Source: Octopus sinensis (taxonomy: Eukaryota). From it: DNA of 64,000 bases. Positions 12,162-29,771 of this stretch are shown piece by piece (within the stretch, counting starts at the first letter, position 1; every line of letters begins with the position of its first letter). The position numbers and the translations under genes were made by a program. Location of the stretch: positions 4,650,001 through 4,714,000 of the forward strand of contig NC_043016.1 of the NCBI RefSeq assembly GCF_006345805.1, written 5' to 3'. Below the pieces are notes generated by a model. It did no database searches, had not been told where the DNA came from, and saw nothing but the letters and a program-made list of their open reading frames with translations.

Positions 12162-13780
12162 TTTGTCTTTGTCCTTGTGTTTCTGTGTGCACTTTGTGAA
12201 TTATACACAGTTAATAATTTCTTTTCTACTCTGGACCTTTTGCCTGAAGTAGAAAAAAAAATATCAAATGAAATTTTCAACCAACAATCACGTCATGGGT
12301 GCAGTACAAGCGTACAGGGCCAAATTGATTAAATAAGGACAATGAAAAGGAGAGCGGCTTATAAGATTATCATAATAAATAAAACAGTAACTTTCCATTC
12401 TATCAGAGAAACATCCAGGTGTAGGGATTATGAAGACAATATCATCTTCATAACCATTCGTCAGATTTGGTGAAAAACGTCTGACATATTTGGAGATCTA
12501 TAGATTCATTGTATTCATTGTATTCATTGTATTCATATAATGGTGATATCTCTGCATGACCATAGCTTCGAGCTCAGGTCTATAAAGGAATAAAGTTTAT
12601 ATATTAATGGAGAAATAAATAAACTAAGAGATAGCATTGAAACATTTTTCTACTATTTTCTTGGAAGTGTCATTAATGAGAGGTTGAACATATGAAGAGA
12701 AAAATGTGATGTAGAGAAGATTTTATATAATGAAGACAATTAAGTAGCAGAAACGTTTACGAGCATTTCCCCCTCTAGTTAGTATAGTAATTCTTTAATA
12801 GCCATACAGTTAATGTTGCATATTCTACTACACCTAACTTAGCTAATAATATTACACGTCTTTACACCCAACATCCATCCATCTATACATACATACAAAC
12901 AAACATTCATACATACAAACAAACATACATACATACATACATACATACATACATACATACATTCGTACGTACATACATACATACATACATACATACATAC
13001 ATACATACATACATACATACATACATACATACACACGTTCTTACATATATGCATTCTTACGTATATATGCAATACGTGCATACATACAATCATACATAAA
13101 TACATACGCGTGTGTGTACGGATATACGTAAATACATACATGTACTTCTTGCGGTAGCATTCAGCCTGGGTGGGTTGAGTCGTCTCCGACCAACGATTTC
13201 ATCACGTCCTCCATAAATGCTGACCACATCCGTCACAGTTTGCACATTTGTCAAATGCTCCACTGGGAGAGCAGAGGCATCGAATATTATGTCAAGTATA
13301 GCTTTTGTAACCATCCATGTTGACCATAAGCACTATTGTTTTTTGTCTGCTTCAAAAAAAAAAAAAAGCATAATTCAGTCACGTGTTTGCAGCAAGTTGA
13401 ATGTGTATCAGGGGCTAAAATCCATTAATTTCAAACGCTTTCAGCGCAGTATTGTAACAAAGAATTGCTGTTAGAGACTACGAAAGGAAAAAATATGGCT
13501 TAGTGAATGTAGTTGTTCTTATGAGCAAACAGAAAGCGGAGTGGGACATGCTTAGCATAACAACATGCTTCAGGTTCAGATCTACACTTTTGTGACTTAG
13601 AAAGAGAACCTGATTTTTCCCACCGTTAACAAAAAAAAAAAAAAGAAAAAGAAAAAGAAAAAAAACAAAGACAACAAATTATGTGGGCATCGCATATGAT
13701 TCACACTGGTAGACACACACACGCGCCCGCACGTACGCATATACACATTTACATATAAATACATGTATTTCTTGTGCTGC

Positions 13781-13823
<43 letters not shown>

Positions 13824-14204
13824 ATATATATACCCACGCGTTTATGTATAAGAGCAAAAAGTTTATTAATAGCAAAATACAAACTGAGATTAAAACGCAG
13901 CAGACACAGTACTGTGGTAAATAACGAAGATCAATTACTGTTTGCCAAAGGCAACTTGGAGTTAAAGGTTAAATCTTAAATTCTGCAATGATGACTTTAT
14001 CATTCCCATGACTCTTGGTGCCCACCACAAAGAAAAATAAATAAAAAAATAAATGTGACAATAAAAGAAATGTGTCTAACAATCACATTTAGAAGATCAG
14101 CTTAAAACATCTAGAAATGTTGATAGATTTATGAAGGCTTTTCTAAATTAAATATAAAAAAAGACTAATGAAACCCTCCATTCCCCATGCTCCTACCCCA
14201 TTTC

Positions 14205-14223
14205 CAGATCATTATTATTATTA

Positions 14224-14287
<64 letters not shown>

Positions 14288-14324
14288 CATTATTATTATC
14301 ATTATTATTATTATTATTATATTA

Positions 14325-14357
<33 letters not shown>

Positions 14358-14379
14358 CATTATTATCATTATATTATCA

Positions 14380-14441
<62 letters not shown>

Positions 14442-14443
14442 GA
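14205..14443. repeat. (TTA)n microsatellite
   Basis: Direct tandem repeat. Confidence 0.98.
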
Positions 14444-19760
<5,317 letters not shown>

Positions 19761-19764
19761 TGAT

Positions 19765-20120
19765 GTTTCTTTGGCATTACACTCATTAAAAAGGGTTGTG
19801 TTCGTAAGGTGTCACAACCACCAGTATTTTTATCGAGACACCATCCCTAGGGGCTTGCTAGCGATGGCTAAAAGAGCCCCTTCCTTCTCTGGTAGATTTA
19901 TACCCATGAAGACGTATTCTGCTGTTTTTGTTATCGGGATATTCATTATTATTATTATTATTAACACTACTGTCCTTGACGGTAATGGCTCCATCGGTTG
20001 TACTAATACAGAAGTACTACTTGGATAGCTGTTGACTTCTCAGTGTTCACCCCCTCTTAAATAGGTCCTGTTTTCCCTCCTGCGTGGTGACCAAATAGTA
20101 AAAAAAAAACACCTTCCTCG
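19765..20120. repeat. ~340-bp dispersed repeat copy 1 (possibly the 5' part of Dong element B)
   Basis: Roughly 90% similar by eye to 32612-32948; abuts the 5' end of element B. Confidence 0.8.
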
Positions 20121-20269
20121 CAGAGCAGGCTGTCGGTATTAACACTATTATTAAATTTTACTTTGCAAAGCTCTCGATCCTACATGCTCTGGTTAATTCT
20201 GTGAGAGCGGAGCATCCAGTTGTCCAACATCTCACAGCATCTATCTTTCCACGAAATATAAGAGTTGGT

Positions 20270-20545
20270 ACTTAGATGTTAAGTATCGTGGAAAATACTT
20301 AACACCCAGTGCCAATCATAAGTTTCTCGTTGCCCTATGCTAGTGCCTGCAAATTTTCTTAGTAGGTATTTTATTTTGAGGTTTGATAACAACAAGTCTC
20401 CTAAAAACTTAAGGATCTTCCTTAAGATTCTTGCCACATATAGGCTGGTACTTTTCTGCAAGTCGACAATGGAACTTTCAATTCCAGTTTCTTTGAATCT
20501 TTTCGGTTGCATTTTGAGTGTTGTGCGAAGTGCACCAATTACTTA
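20270..20545 (-). mobile_element. R4/Dong family B 3' fragment C
   Basis: KRFKETGIESSIVDLQKS..GDLLLSNLKIKYL is homologous to the 3' end of element B. Confidence 0.8.
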
Positions 20546-21299
20546 TCACCATCATCATCGTCGTCGTCGTCATCATCATCATCACCATCATTATCATCAT
20601 TTGTATATGCCTGCTTTCCATGCTGGCATGAACTCAGTGGGTTCTCAATATCCAAGTCAGTTCTTATTCACCTCCTAGATAGGTTTGTGTTCCATGTCTT
20701 TGCATGTCGCATTTTTTTTACTTACGTTCCATAGCTAAATGTACCTACGATCACCAACCACTTTATTAAGGCACCAGCACTTAAATCATCATTTCATCAT
20801 CAAAATGAGTGGATCTCCCATCTTCATGCTTTCTACAACCATTCACTAATCACTTCACAAAGTGCACTCAGGACATTATTGTGATACTGACAAAAATGGT
20901 GTTGCCTTATACCCCCTAAGAACTTGAAAGATCATCATGCCCTCGACAAGATTAAAGTAACTCTCATTTTCATGTTTGTTCTTTTTTCACTCATTCACCA
21001 ACCACTTTACAATGCGTGGGATGCATTTCATTGAGGTACTAATGCATATCGCAATGTGCAGTACTCCTTAATATTAAAGAACCTCACTCACTACTCTGTG
21101 TTTCTTGATCACTCAGGAGTAGGTGACATAGGAAGTGGATGAAAGAGTGATAACAGAAGAGCCATTTGGGTGGGTGAAGGGAGAAAGTATGTAATAGTAG
21201 AAATAAAAATGATTAGTATGAGAGGGTGATAGAGGAGAAGACAGAGGTATGGACATTAGACTAGACTTTACTGTCTTGAGTCCTTGGACTCATAGAGTC

Positions 21300-21505
21300 A
21301 GATACCTGGTTTCCATGATGTATCAGTGATTGAGGTAGCAACATATCTTCCTGAACGAGATGCCAGTTTGTCACATTTATTTGACAGCGATGTGAAATGA
21401 AGTGTTTTAGTTCAAGAACACAATGTACTGCCCAGTCTGGGAATTGAAACAATGGTTTTGTAGTTATGAGTACAACACCCTAACCACTGGGCCACCTGCC
21501 TTCAC
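21300..21505 (-). mobile_element. Degenerate tRNA-derived SINE
   Basis: Reverse complement GTGGCCCAGTGGTTAGGGTG (A box) ... GTTTCAATTCC (B box) followed by CORE-like TTGAACTAAAACACTT. Confidence 0.65.
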
Positions 21506-22167
21506 CATGGATAATAAAAATGTGGATAAATTGTGAGAATGATATCAATAACAAATGGCTCAAGAGTGAGAGAGAACGACCTGTAATAGAGAGAAAATAA
21601 TGACAGAGTGTATATGGTAGAAGCAAATCTGATGCCATCGCTTTATATAAAGACTCAATGATGGGCAAAAGACAAAACACAAAGATGAATGTCAAAGAGA
21701 CATGTCTAGTAACATAAATAGGAATGGCTATCCTAAATAAAATCAGCAGGATGGTTTAATAAGTAGAATAGAGGATGAGTGATAAAAAAATGAGTGGTAG
21801 AAAGATAAATATTAATGAAGGACGACTGATAATGACTTGTAGTGTGATTGAGAGATGGGCATGCTCTGTTAATGAACTTCAGTCCACTAACCGCTGAAAA
21901 TCCAAATATGGCCTGGCTGCCTAAACAAGGGACAGGGTATATAATCTGTGCCACCTGTATAGACTACAGCTCCACCCAAGTTGATCATTCAACTTCAGTT
22001 TTAACTTAGCACCCACCGAATCTGATTAACCCCACACAAACACTGCTGCTGCTAATGTACTAATACTCCACCGAACATTGACTGAACTACTGACCCATGC
22101 CAACACTCAACCTACCATATTTGGTAACGAATACAGTAAACTGATGTAAATATTCTGTACCTGTACC

Positions 22168-22352
22168 TGTACTACGCAACCGGTACGCCGCGGCACACTG
22201 GTCTGCCATGAGACGATGCTAGATGTGCCACAGTGTAGCCTGAATATAATTTTCCCCCCTATACTTTTAGTTATATTTTTAGTTCAGGTGTACTGCCGAA
22301 TTTTGTAAAGAATATAAGTGTACAGCAAGTGTCAAAAGGTTGTGGAACGCTG
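22168..22352. mobile_element. hAT-type MITE remnant
   Basis: Ends resemble CCCAACC..GCCGCGGCACACTGG / AAAGGTTG.GAAC.CTG hAT MITE termini; degenerate. Confidence 0.35.
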
Positions 22353-22606
22353 CTCTATACCACTGCATCAAAGTGGCAACAACTACTTGTCAATATCTTG
22401 TCCGAGCACATGGACCTAAGAATAAAGAAAAGAGTTAGTGTTGCTTTCACAACGTTAACACCACATGACCTGAGCTGATCAACAGAAGTCTCCCAAAAAT
22501 CTAGAGATCATCTTGGATTGGTGTCAACTCCGCCTGATAACTGATGAGTTTGATCTGCTTTATATACCCATGAAACTTTAATTCATATAAAACTAAGTCA
22601 AAATGT

Positions 22607-22662
<56 letters not shown>

Positions 22663-22708
22663 GGGGATTTTTACCAATAGATGCAGCACGAAGCTTTATA
22701 TATATATT

Positions 22709-22743
<35 letters not shown>

Positions 22744-22764
22744 CGGAGGATTTTTACCATTAGG

Positions 22765-24020
22765 TCTCGGTAGTGACCATAGAATGAGAATAGCCCTCAA
22801 ATATACCAACCTGTTCATTGGCTACGTTCAGGCCCAAATATTTTCACTATTCACTGGTCCCACTCCTGAACGATACGGTCGTTACATTGATGACTGTATT
22901 GGTGTGACCTCGCTCCCCGCGAACAACTAGACTACTTCCTCTCTTTTGTCAAATCTTTCCATCCTGCCCTCCAATTCTCCTGCACTATTTCCAACACTTC
23001 CATCGCATATCTCAACATTTCGGTCAACATACACCACTCCGCGCTCTCTACCTCCATCCACTACACACCGACTCACACTCATACCTTAACTTCTCCTCAT
23101 CTCACCCTACACACCCCAAGCTCTACATTCCCTACTTCCAATTCCTCCATCTGAAGTGACAACCATAACTTTGAGACTCAGTCTCAATGGCTTGGGACAG
23201 CCCTTGCCAGAGCATGTTCCGTGGACTGTGTCTCTGCTCTCTCTCTCTCTCTCTCTCTCTCTTCCTGCACCCGCCCCGCTGTTGCACGTCTCTCGTTTCC
23301 CCTCACCTACCACCCCTCCAACGCACCATTCTCCGAGGCTTCTGACAATTCTAGTCCAACCCCCCTCCACCTCGCACATCTTTCCCAACCTTCCCTCTTT
23401 CAAACGAGCCCACAACCTGTGTGACCTCCTGGTCCACAGTTTCTTCCCTAACCCCATCTCCCAACCGGAACTCATTCCCCTGCTTCCATCCACGTTGCCG
23501 CACTTGCCCCTACCTCTCCAACACCTCCATCCTTACGGGCACCCATCATCATTTCTATCATATCACCTACTCCTTTACTTGCACTTATAGCAACATCGTT
23601 TACTGCATCTCCTGCTCTTTCTGCCATTCTCTGTACATCAATCAAATCGGAAACACCTCCGAGACATTACACTTGACAACGACACCCTGGTCTTGTGCCA
23701 TTTCTGCTCTACCAGTCATTCACTACAACACCTATCTGTGTTCGAATTGTCTTTGCATAGGGGCCTTCTGGACTTCCACCTTCGCTGTAAATAGGAATTG
23801 ACCTTCTCTCTTGGCTCCTTTGTGCCACATGGGCTCAACTCTCCTCCACACACCATCATCCACACGCCCACACATTACAGACGCACACACACGCACATCC
23901 ACACTTCGAAGTCATTAGCCAAGAACATACAATATAAACAAAAGGAAGCCATGTTTTCTTTCCTTTTCCTTCTTCCTTTTGTTTATATTGTATGCTCTTG
24001 TTTTCCACTCTAATGAAGAT
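22765..24020 (+). mobile_element. Penelope-like element (Neptune-type), 5'-truncated RT + GIY-YIG remnant
   Basis: YTNLFIGY, YGRYIDDCIG, DSHSYLNFSSSHP, PCFHPRCRTCPY linker, NIVYCISCSFCHSLYI, terminal VPHGLN. Confidence 0.88.
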
Positions 24021-24340
24021 CCGTTGCCTTAATTCAAATGCCCCATGAAGATGAAGAACTTTAAAGACTGCATTTCGGCAATCCGGTCAGCAACGGCCGC
24101 AAGATAATGTTGCGTCACCAATTTTCTTATGTCGTGCTTTGTATTAAAAAGTAAGCTACAAACGTTGTGGTCCAATCGATGTGTTGGTCAATCTGTTAGT
24201 TTTCTCCATTTTCTCATTATTTGCATTGGTTCCTGACAAACTCTTGTTTATCCTGTTGTTACATATACTCTACGTGCATGGTATGCCTGCATACCATTTC
24301 CCAGGGGTAATACAGGAAACATATACTGATAATATATACA

Positions 24341-24497
24341 GGCGCAGGAGTGGCTGCGTGGTAAGTATCTTGCTTACCAACCACATGGTTCTGGATTCAT
24401 TCGCACTGTGTTTGGGCAAGTGTTTTCTACTATAGCCTCGGGCCGACCAAAGCCTTGTGAGTGGGTTTGATAGACGGAAACTGAAAGAAGCCCGTCG

Positions 24498-24542
<45 letters not shown>

Positions 24543-24755
24543 GTGTGTATATGATTGTGTCTGTCTTTGTCCCCCCTAACATCGCTTGACAACCGATGAT
24601 GGTGTGTTTATGTCCCCGTAACTTAGCGGTTTAGCAAAAAGTGACCAATAGAATAAGTACTAGACTTACAAAGAATAAGTCCCAGGGTCGATTTGCTCGA
24701 CTAAATGCGGTGCTCCAGTATGACCGCAGTCAAATGACTGAAACAAGTAAAAGAG
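24341..24755 (+). mobile_element. SINE family A
   Basis: Homologous to 2908-3365. Confidence 0.9.
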
Positions 24756-25024
24756 GATATTTTATCCCTTGGTCAGTTACTATAATCGCTAACTCTGTTT
24801 ACATATATATGTGTGTGTCTGTGTGTGTGTGTGTGGGTGTAGTGGTGTCATGTAAATGGAATTTGTGCATCATAGCTGTGGTCATTACTGGTGCCTTGTA
24901 TATGACACCTGTGAATCGCTGTGGTCATTGCAAATGACCATGAATTGTAGTCATGGTAACTGTTGGTGCCATTTAAATGGCACCCCTACATTGTAGTCAT
25001 GGTTGTTGCCAGTGCAATGTACAT

Positions 25025-25185
25025 GGCACCCATTACACTCTTGGAGTGGTTGGCGTTAGGAAGGGCACCGAGCTGTAGAAACCACTCCCAATCAGACTGG
25101 AACCTTATCAGCTCTAGGAAAACTGCCTAAACTATGCCAGCATGGAGAGTGCATGTTAAATGATGATGATGATGATGATGATGAC
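25025..25185 (+). mobile_element. Short copy of the RTE 3'-UTR tail (SINE/LINE shared end)
   Basis: GGAGTGGTTGGCGTTAGGAAGGGCA..CCAGCATGGA..GTTAAATGATGATG matches the reverse complement of 25488-25660. Confidence 0.8.
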
Positions 25186-25254
25186 AACATACATACATAT
25201 GTATAATAAATGTATATATATATATATAATATATATATATATATATTATATATA

Positions 25255-25290
<36 letters not shown>

Positions 25291-25654
25291 ATACATATAT
25301 ATTGTATATATGATAACAAATTAATAAATAAAACATATGCATATATACATACATATATATGTACGTACCTACTTCTACATGTATATATACATATATGTAT
25401 GTATATATGCATATGTTTTATTTATTAATTTGTTATTATATGACGGAACGCACGCATCCATTTCTAAGTAAGTTTGTTCTATATATCATCATCATCATCA
25501 TCATCAATTAACGTCCGCTTTCCATGCTAGCATGGGTTGGACGGTTCAACTGGGGTCTGGGGAGCCCGAAAGCTGCACCAGTCCAGTCAGATCTGCAGTG
25601 TTTCTTACAGCTGGATGCCCTTCCTAACGCCAACCACTCCGAGAGTGTAGTGGG

Positions 25655-25990
25655 TGATTTTATGTGCCACCGACACAGGTGCCAGACGAGGCTGGCAAAC
25701 GGCCACGCTCGGATGGTGTTTTTTATGTGCCACCGACACAGGTGCCAGACGAGGCTGGCAGACGGCCACGCTCGGATGTGTTTTTTATGTGCCACCGACA
25801 CAGGTGCCAGACGAGGCTGGCAGACGGCCACGCTCGGATGGTGTTTTTATGTGCCACCGACACAGGTGCCAGACGAGGCTGGCAGACGGCCACGCTCGGA
25901 TGGTGTTTTTATGAGGCTGGCAAACGGCCACGATCGGATGGTGCTTGTTACGTGCCCACAGCACGGAGGCCAGTCGATGCGGTACTGGCT
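25655..25990. repeat. 62-63-bp tandem repeat (4 full plus partial units) in the RTE 3' UTR
   Basis: Unit ATGTGCCACCGACACAGGTGCCAGACGAGGCTGGCAGACGGCCACGCTCGGATGGTGTTTTT starts at 25662, 25725, 25787 and 25849. Confidence 0.95.
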
Positions 25991-26833
25991 ACGGCCACGT
26001 TCGGATGGTTTTCTTGTGTGCCACAGGCACTGGTACCACAAAGATACAAATTCCATTGATGTTCATCTATTTTGATTGATTTTCACTTGCCTCAGCAGGT
26101 CTTCACAAGTGTCACAAGAAGGAAGGTATGCACAGGTGGATCGACTACGTCCCAGGTAGGGGCCACGGGATATGGCCTGACTAGTCCTGCCGGGTCCTCT
26201 CAAGCACAGCACATTTCCATAGGACTCGGTCTTCAGTCATTTCCTTGGTGAGACCTAAAGTTCGAAGGTCGTGCTTCACCACCTCGTCCCAGGTTTTCCT
26301 GGGTCTACCTCTTCCACAGGTTCCCTCAACTGCTAGGGTGTAGCACTTTTGCACACAACTATCTTCAGCCATTCTCGTCACATGACCATACCAGCGCAGC
26401 CGTCTCTCTTGCACACCACAACTGACACTTCTTAGGTTCAACTTTTCTCTCAAAGTACTTACACTCTGACGATTATGAACACTGACATTACACATCCATC
26501 GGAGCATACTGGCTTCATTTCTTGCAAGCTTACGCATATCCTCAGCTGTCACGGCCCATGTTTCACTACCATGTAGCATGGCTGTACGTACACACGCATC
26601 ATATAGTCTGCCTTTTACTCTTAGCGAGAGACCTTTTGTCACCAGCAGGGGTAAGAGCTCTCTAAACTTTGCCCAGGCTATTCTTACTCTAGCAGTTACG
26701 CTTTCACACACACCACCCCCCCCGCTACTGACTTGGTCTCCTAGGTAGCGGAAGCTATCAACTACTTCTAGTTTGTCTCCTGGAACGTGGTAGAAGTTGG
26801 ACTCTGCACATTTCCAGTGTTTATTTCTCCTGA

Positions 26834-26965
26834 GCATCTGCCACAGACAAAAACTATTTTCTTAGTTAGCCTTCCCTTGACATTGCTGCACCTCTTATGT
26901 GTCCATAGCTTACACTTGGTGCACCTTATAGAGTTTCTACCTACACCTTTTTTACAGATCGAGCA
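26834..26965 (-). other. PHD-type (C4HC3) zinc finger inside the RTE ORF
   Basis: CSIC-x11-CTKC-x4-H-x2-C-x14-CGRC, in frame after LRINLAKTK. Confidence 0.85.
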
Positions 26966-28381
26966 GGGCCATCTACCTGAAGTCGTTTGTGGTTGGTCCA
27001 CCTTCCTACTTATTAGGACTTTGTTTTGGCTAGGTTGATTCTAAGGCCCTTCGATTCTAATCCTTGTTTCCACACCTGAAACTTCTCCTCCAGTTCTGAT
27101 AGTGACTCAGCAATTAGAGCAAGGTCATCAGCATAGAGGAGCTCCCAGGGGCATCCTGTCTTAAATTCTCCGTTATTGCCTGGAGGACTATGATAAATAG
27201 GAGGGGGCTGAGGACTGAACCTTGGTGGACCCCAACCTCTACCCGGAATTCTTCACTGTACTCGTTGCCAACCCTCACCTTACTAGCTGCGTCTCTGTAC
27301 ATGGCTCGCACAGCTCTCACTAACCATTCATCTATCCCTAGTTTCCTCATTGACCACCAGATAAGGGATCGGGGGACCCTGTCAAAGGCTTTCTCTAAGT
27401 CAACAAAAGCCAGGTACAAGGGCTTACCTTTGGCTAGGTATTTCTCCTGCAGCTGTCTTACCAGGAATATAGCATCAGTAGTACTTTTCCCTGGCACGAA
27501 CCCAACTGCATATCATCTAAGCTAACTCTCTCTCTAATTAACTGGGCTATAACCCTCTCCGTAACCTTCATTACCTGATCCAACAGCTTGATGCCTCTGT
27601 AGTTATTTGTATCTAGGGCATCGCCTTTACCTTTGTAGCAGTTGACTATTATGCTGCTACACCAGTCCTTGGGTATGACTCCTTCGTGTATCACCTGGTT
27701 AACTATACGGGAGACTATGCTATAGCCGACACTACCAGATATTTTGAGCATCTCTGCAGTAATTCCTGATGGGCCTGGGGCTTCCCTGTCTTCATGCTTC
27801 TAATTGCCTTAGCTACCACGGAACTATCAACTCGGATAGCTGGTCCCTCTGTTGGGTCAACATTCGGCAGACTCTCTTTATCCCATTCATTTTCCTCATT
27901 CAGCAACCTTTCATAGTGGCGTCTCCAAGCTTCTCTCTTTGCATCCTCATTTAACGCAAGTGAACCATCCTCCATGCGAACACATTTCTCTCCTACCACA
28001 TCTCGATTTTCTCTCACACACTGTCTTGCAACACGAAATACCTCAAGTCTTTCATCCTCACGGCGCAGACATTGGCAAATTTTCTTTTATCTGCTTCCCC
28101 TCTGGCTAGATAGACCTGTCTCCTAGCTTCCCTTCTGGCAGTCTGATACATTTCCCTGCTACCACCATTCTTCCAGGCCTTCCAAGCCTGTTTCTTTTGT
28201 CTAATATATATATATATACTCAAAGAGCAATAAAGATTCAAGTTAATTTAAATGAATTTACTTGAATATGGTACCTAACTTAGATGCACCAAAAAAAAAA
28301 AAAAAAAAAACTATACTGATTTAACAATACAGTAATGCGAGGTGATTATAAGCGAGAAAGAAGCAACAAGAATGGATAGGT

Positions 28382-28472
28382 TTTTAGTACGATCGTTTCA
28401 TACAAGGACAGGTTTTATTAAAAGTTGCAAAGATTACAGCATATAAACGAGTCCCGTACTCATCAGCTAAAA
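28382..28472 (-). ncRNA. Type I hammerhead ribozyme (left arm copy)
   Basis: Exact reverse complement of 28751-28841. Confidence 0.75.
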
Positions 28473-28750
28473 TACATGTGAGTTCTCTAGACATCCTAGT
28501 GTTTGAGGCTATATTCATGAAGTAATGTAGATAATTAAGTAACATAATTCTCTGGAAATTCATATGTGCACTATGGATTAGGTCACCTTCTCTGTGATGC
28601 TATTAAAACTTTTTTAAAATTCTGTGATAAGACTGTACATCAGCTTTAAAGAACTTTAATGAACTTTAGAAATCTGTTTATGTTACTTATTATCTACATT
28701 ACTTCATGAAATAGCCTCAAACACTAGGATGTCTAGAGAACTCACATGTA

Positions 28751-28841
28751 TTTTAGCTGATGAGTACGGGACTCGTTTATATGCTGTAATCTTTGCAACT
28801 TTTAATAAAACCTGTCCTTGTATGAAACGATCGTACTAAAA
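28751..28841 (+). ncRNA. Type I hammerhead ribozyme with long stem II
   Basis: TTTTAG-CTGATGA-GTACGGGAC...GTCCTTGTAT-GAAA-CGATCG-TA|CTAAAA: 6-bp stem I, palindromic stem III, GUA cleavage site after 28835. Confidence 0.78.
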
Positions 28842-28911
28842 ACCTATCCATTCTTGTTGCTTCTTTCTCGCTTATATATATATTAATTATATAATATATA
28901 TATAATGATAA

Positions 28912-29070
28912 ATATCAAAGTGAGTTATATACAAGCGGTAACACATCGTGACGTATTTTTGCCATTTCAATATGGCTAACCCCTAAGGGTGATGCTACTG
29001 TAGTTTTTAGCCCCAGGAGGACACACTCCTCCAGCTGGCCATAGACACACTATCTGTGTCCTGTTAGTAT
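28912..29070 (-). repeat. Inverted partial copy of the 355-nt hammerhead unit
   Basis: Reverse complement matches 29647-29773 and continues across the unit junction into 29419-29455. Confidence 0.9.
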
Positions 29071-29324
29071 ACAGTTAGTGGTTTGAAGCAAGATTAGTTC
29101 AGATGCTTGTAGAGTTTTCTTTGAATCAGGATACCTCAAGGAAACACAAATAATACCATTTTATATTGAAAGTATTGAAAACTAGCACTAAGTTATTAAA
29201 TGTTATATGCATATATATGTTTGCATAAATGTAGGTATGTATGCATGCATCAATGTACATAAATATAAACATCATACATACATACATACATACATACATA
29301 CATACATACATACATGCATATATA

Positions 29325-29771
29325 CAGCTGGAGGAGTGTGTCCTCCTGGGGCTAAAAACTACAGTAGCATCCACCCTTAGGGGTTAGCCATATTGAAATG
29401 GCAAAAATACGTCACGATGTGTTACCGCTACTGTATATAACTCACTTTGATATTTTTCATTGTTTGATTTCACTTTTTCAATATCAGCGACAGTGGGCGC
29501 TGGAAAAAGTATAAGTATTTGTGAAGGAAATCTAATTCTCGGCGACAACTATGATTGTCACGCGCGCTGACGAGAGGTCAATACCTCGAAACTCGAGTCC
29601 GTGTGTATCATAAGTTGAAGACGGGAAGGATGACTTCCCTTTGCAAATACTGACAGGACACAGATAGTGTGTCTATGGCCAGCTGGAGGAGTGTGTCCTC
29701 CTGGGGCTAAAAACTACAGTAGCATCCACCCTTAGGGGTTAGCCATATTGAAATGGCAAAAATACGTCACG

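Larger units (their letters stand above)
25488..28203 (-). mobile_element. RTE-clade LINE, 5'-truncated, ~2.7 kb, with 3' UTR and (GAT)n tail
   Basis: NYRGIKLL, FVDLEKAFDRVP, GVHQGSVLSP, LLYADDL, FRYLG, LHGSETW, RRLRWYGHV, GRGRPRKTW; 3' UTR 26180-25488. Confidence 0.97.
28347..28876. repeat. Long inverted repeat, ~200-bp arms (28347-28547 / 28678-28876), ~130-bp spacer
   Basis: Arms are reverse complements apart from two 1-nt indels. Confidence 0.95.

Noticed and set aside
12410-12475. CTGACGA plus hairpin on the minus strand
   Set aside because: A stem II-like hairpin is present but GAAA and a cleavage triplet are missing; at most a dead hammerhead.
20040-20100. CCTCCTGCGTGG resembling an HDV L3
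   Set aside because: Could not build P1/P1.1/P2, and it lies antisense to the adjacent Dong element.
21700-22100. NGYPK and GYIICATC hints of a Penelope GIY-YIG region
   Set aside because: Too degenerate to call.
23990-24040. CTAATGAAGATCCG at the end of the Penelope fragment
   Set aside because: The core is mutated and has no GAAAC partner; not scored as a ribozyme.
24030-24145. Short protein-like frames on both strands (DIRKLVTQHYLAAVADRIAEMQ / MKNFKDCISAIRSA)
   Set aside because: No matching splice pair and no recognisable family.
25655-25990. Regular ~63-bp repeats resembling a CRISPR array
   Set aside because: Units are identical along their whole length with no unique spacers, no cas genes, eukaryotic context; they are part of an RTE 3' UTR.
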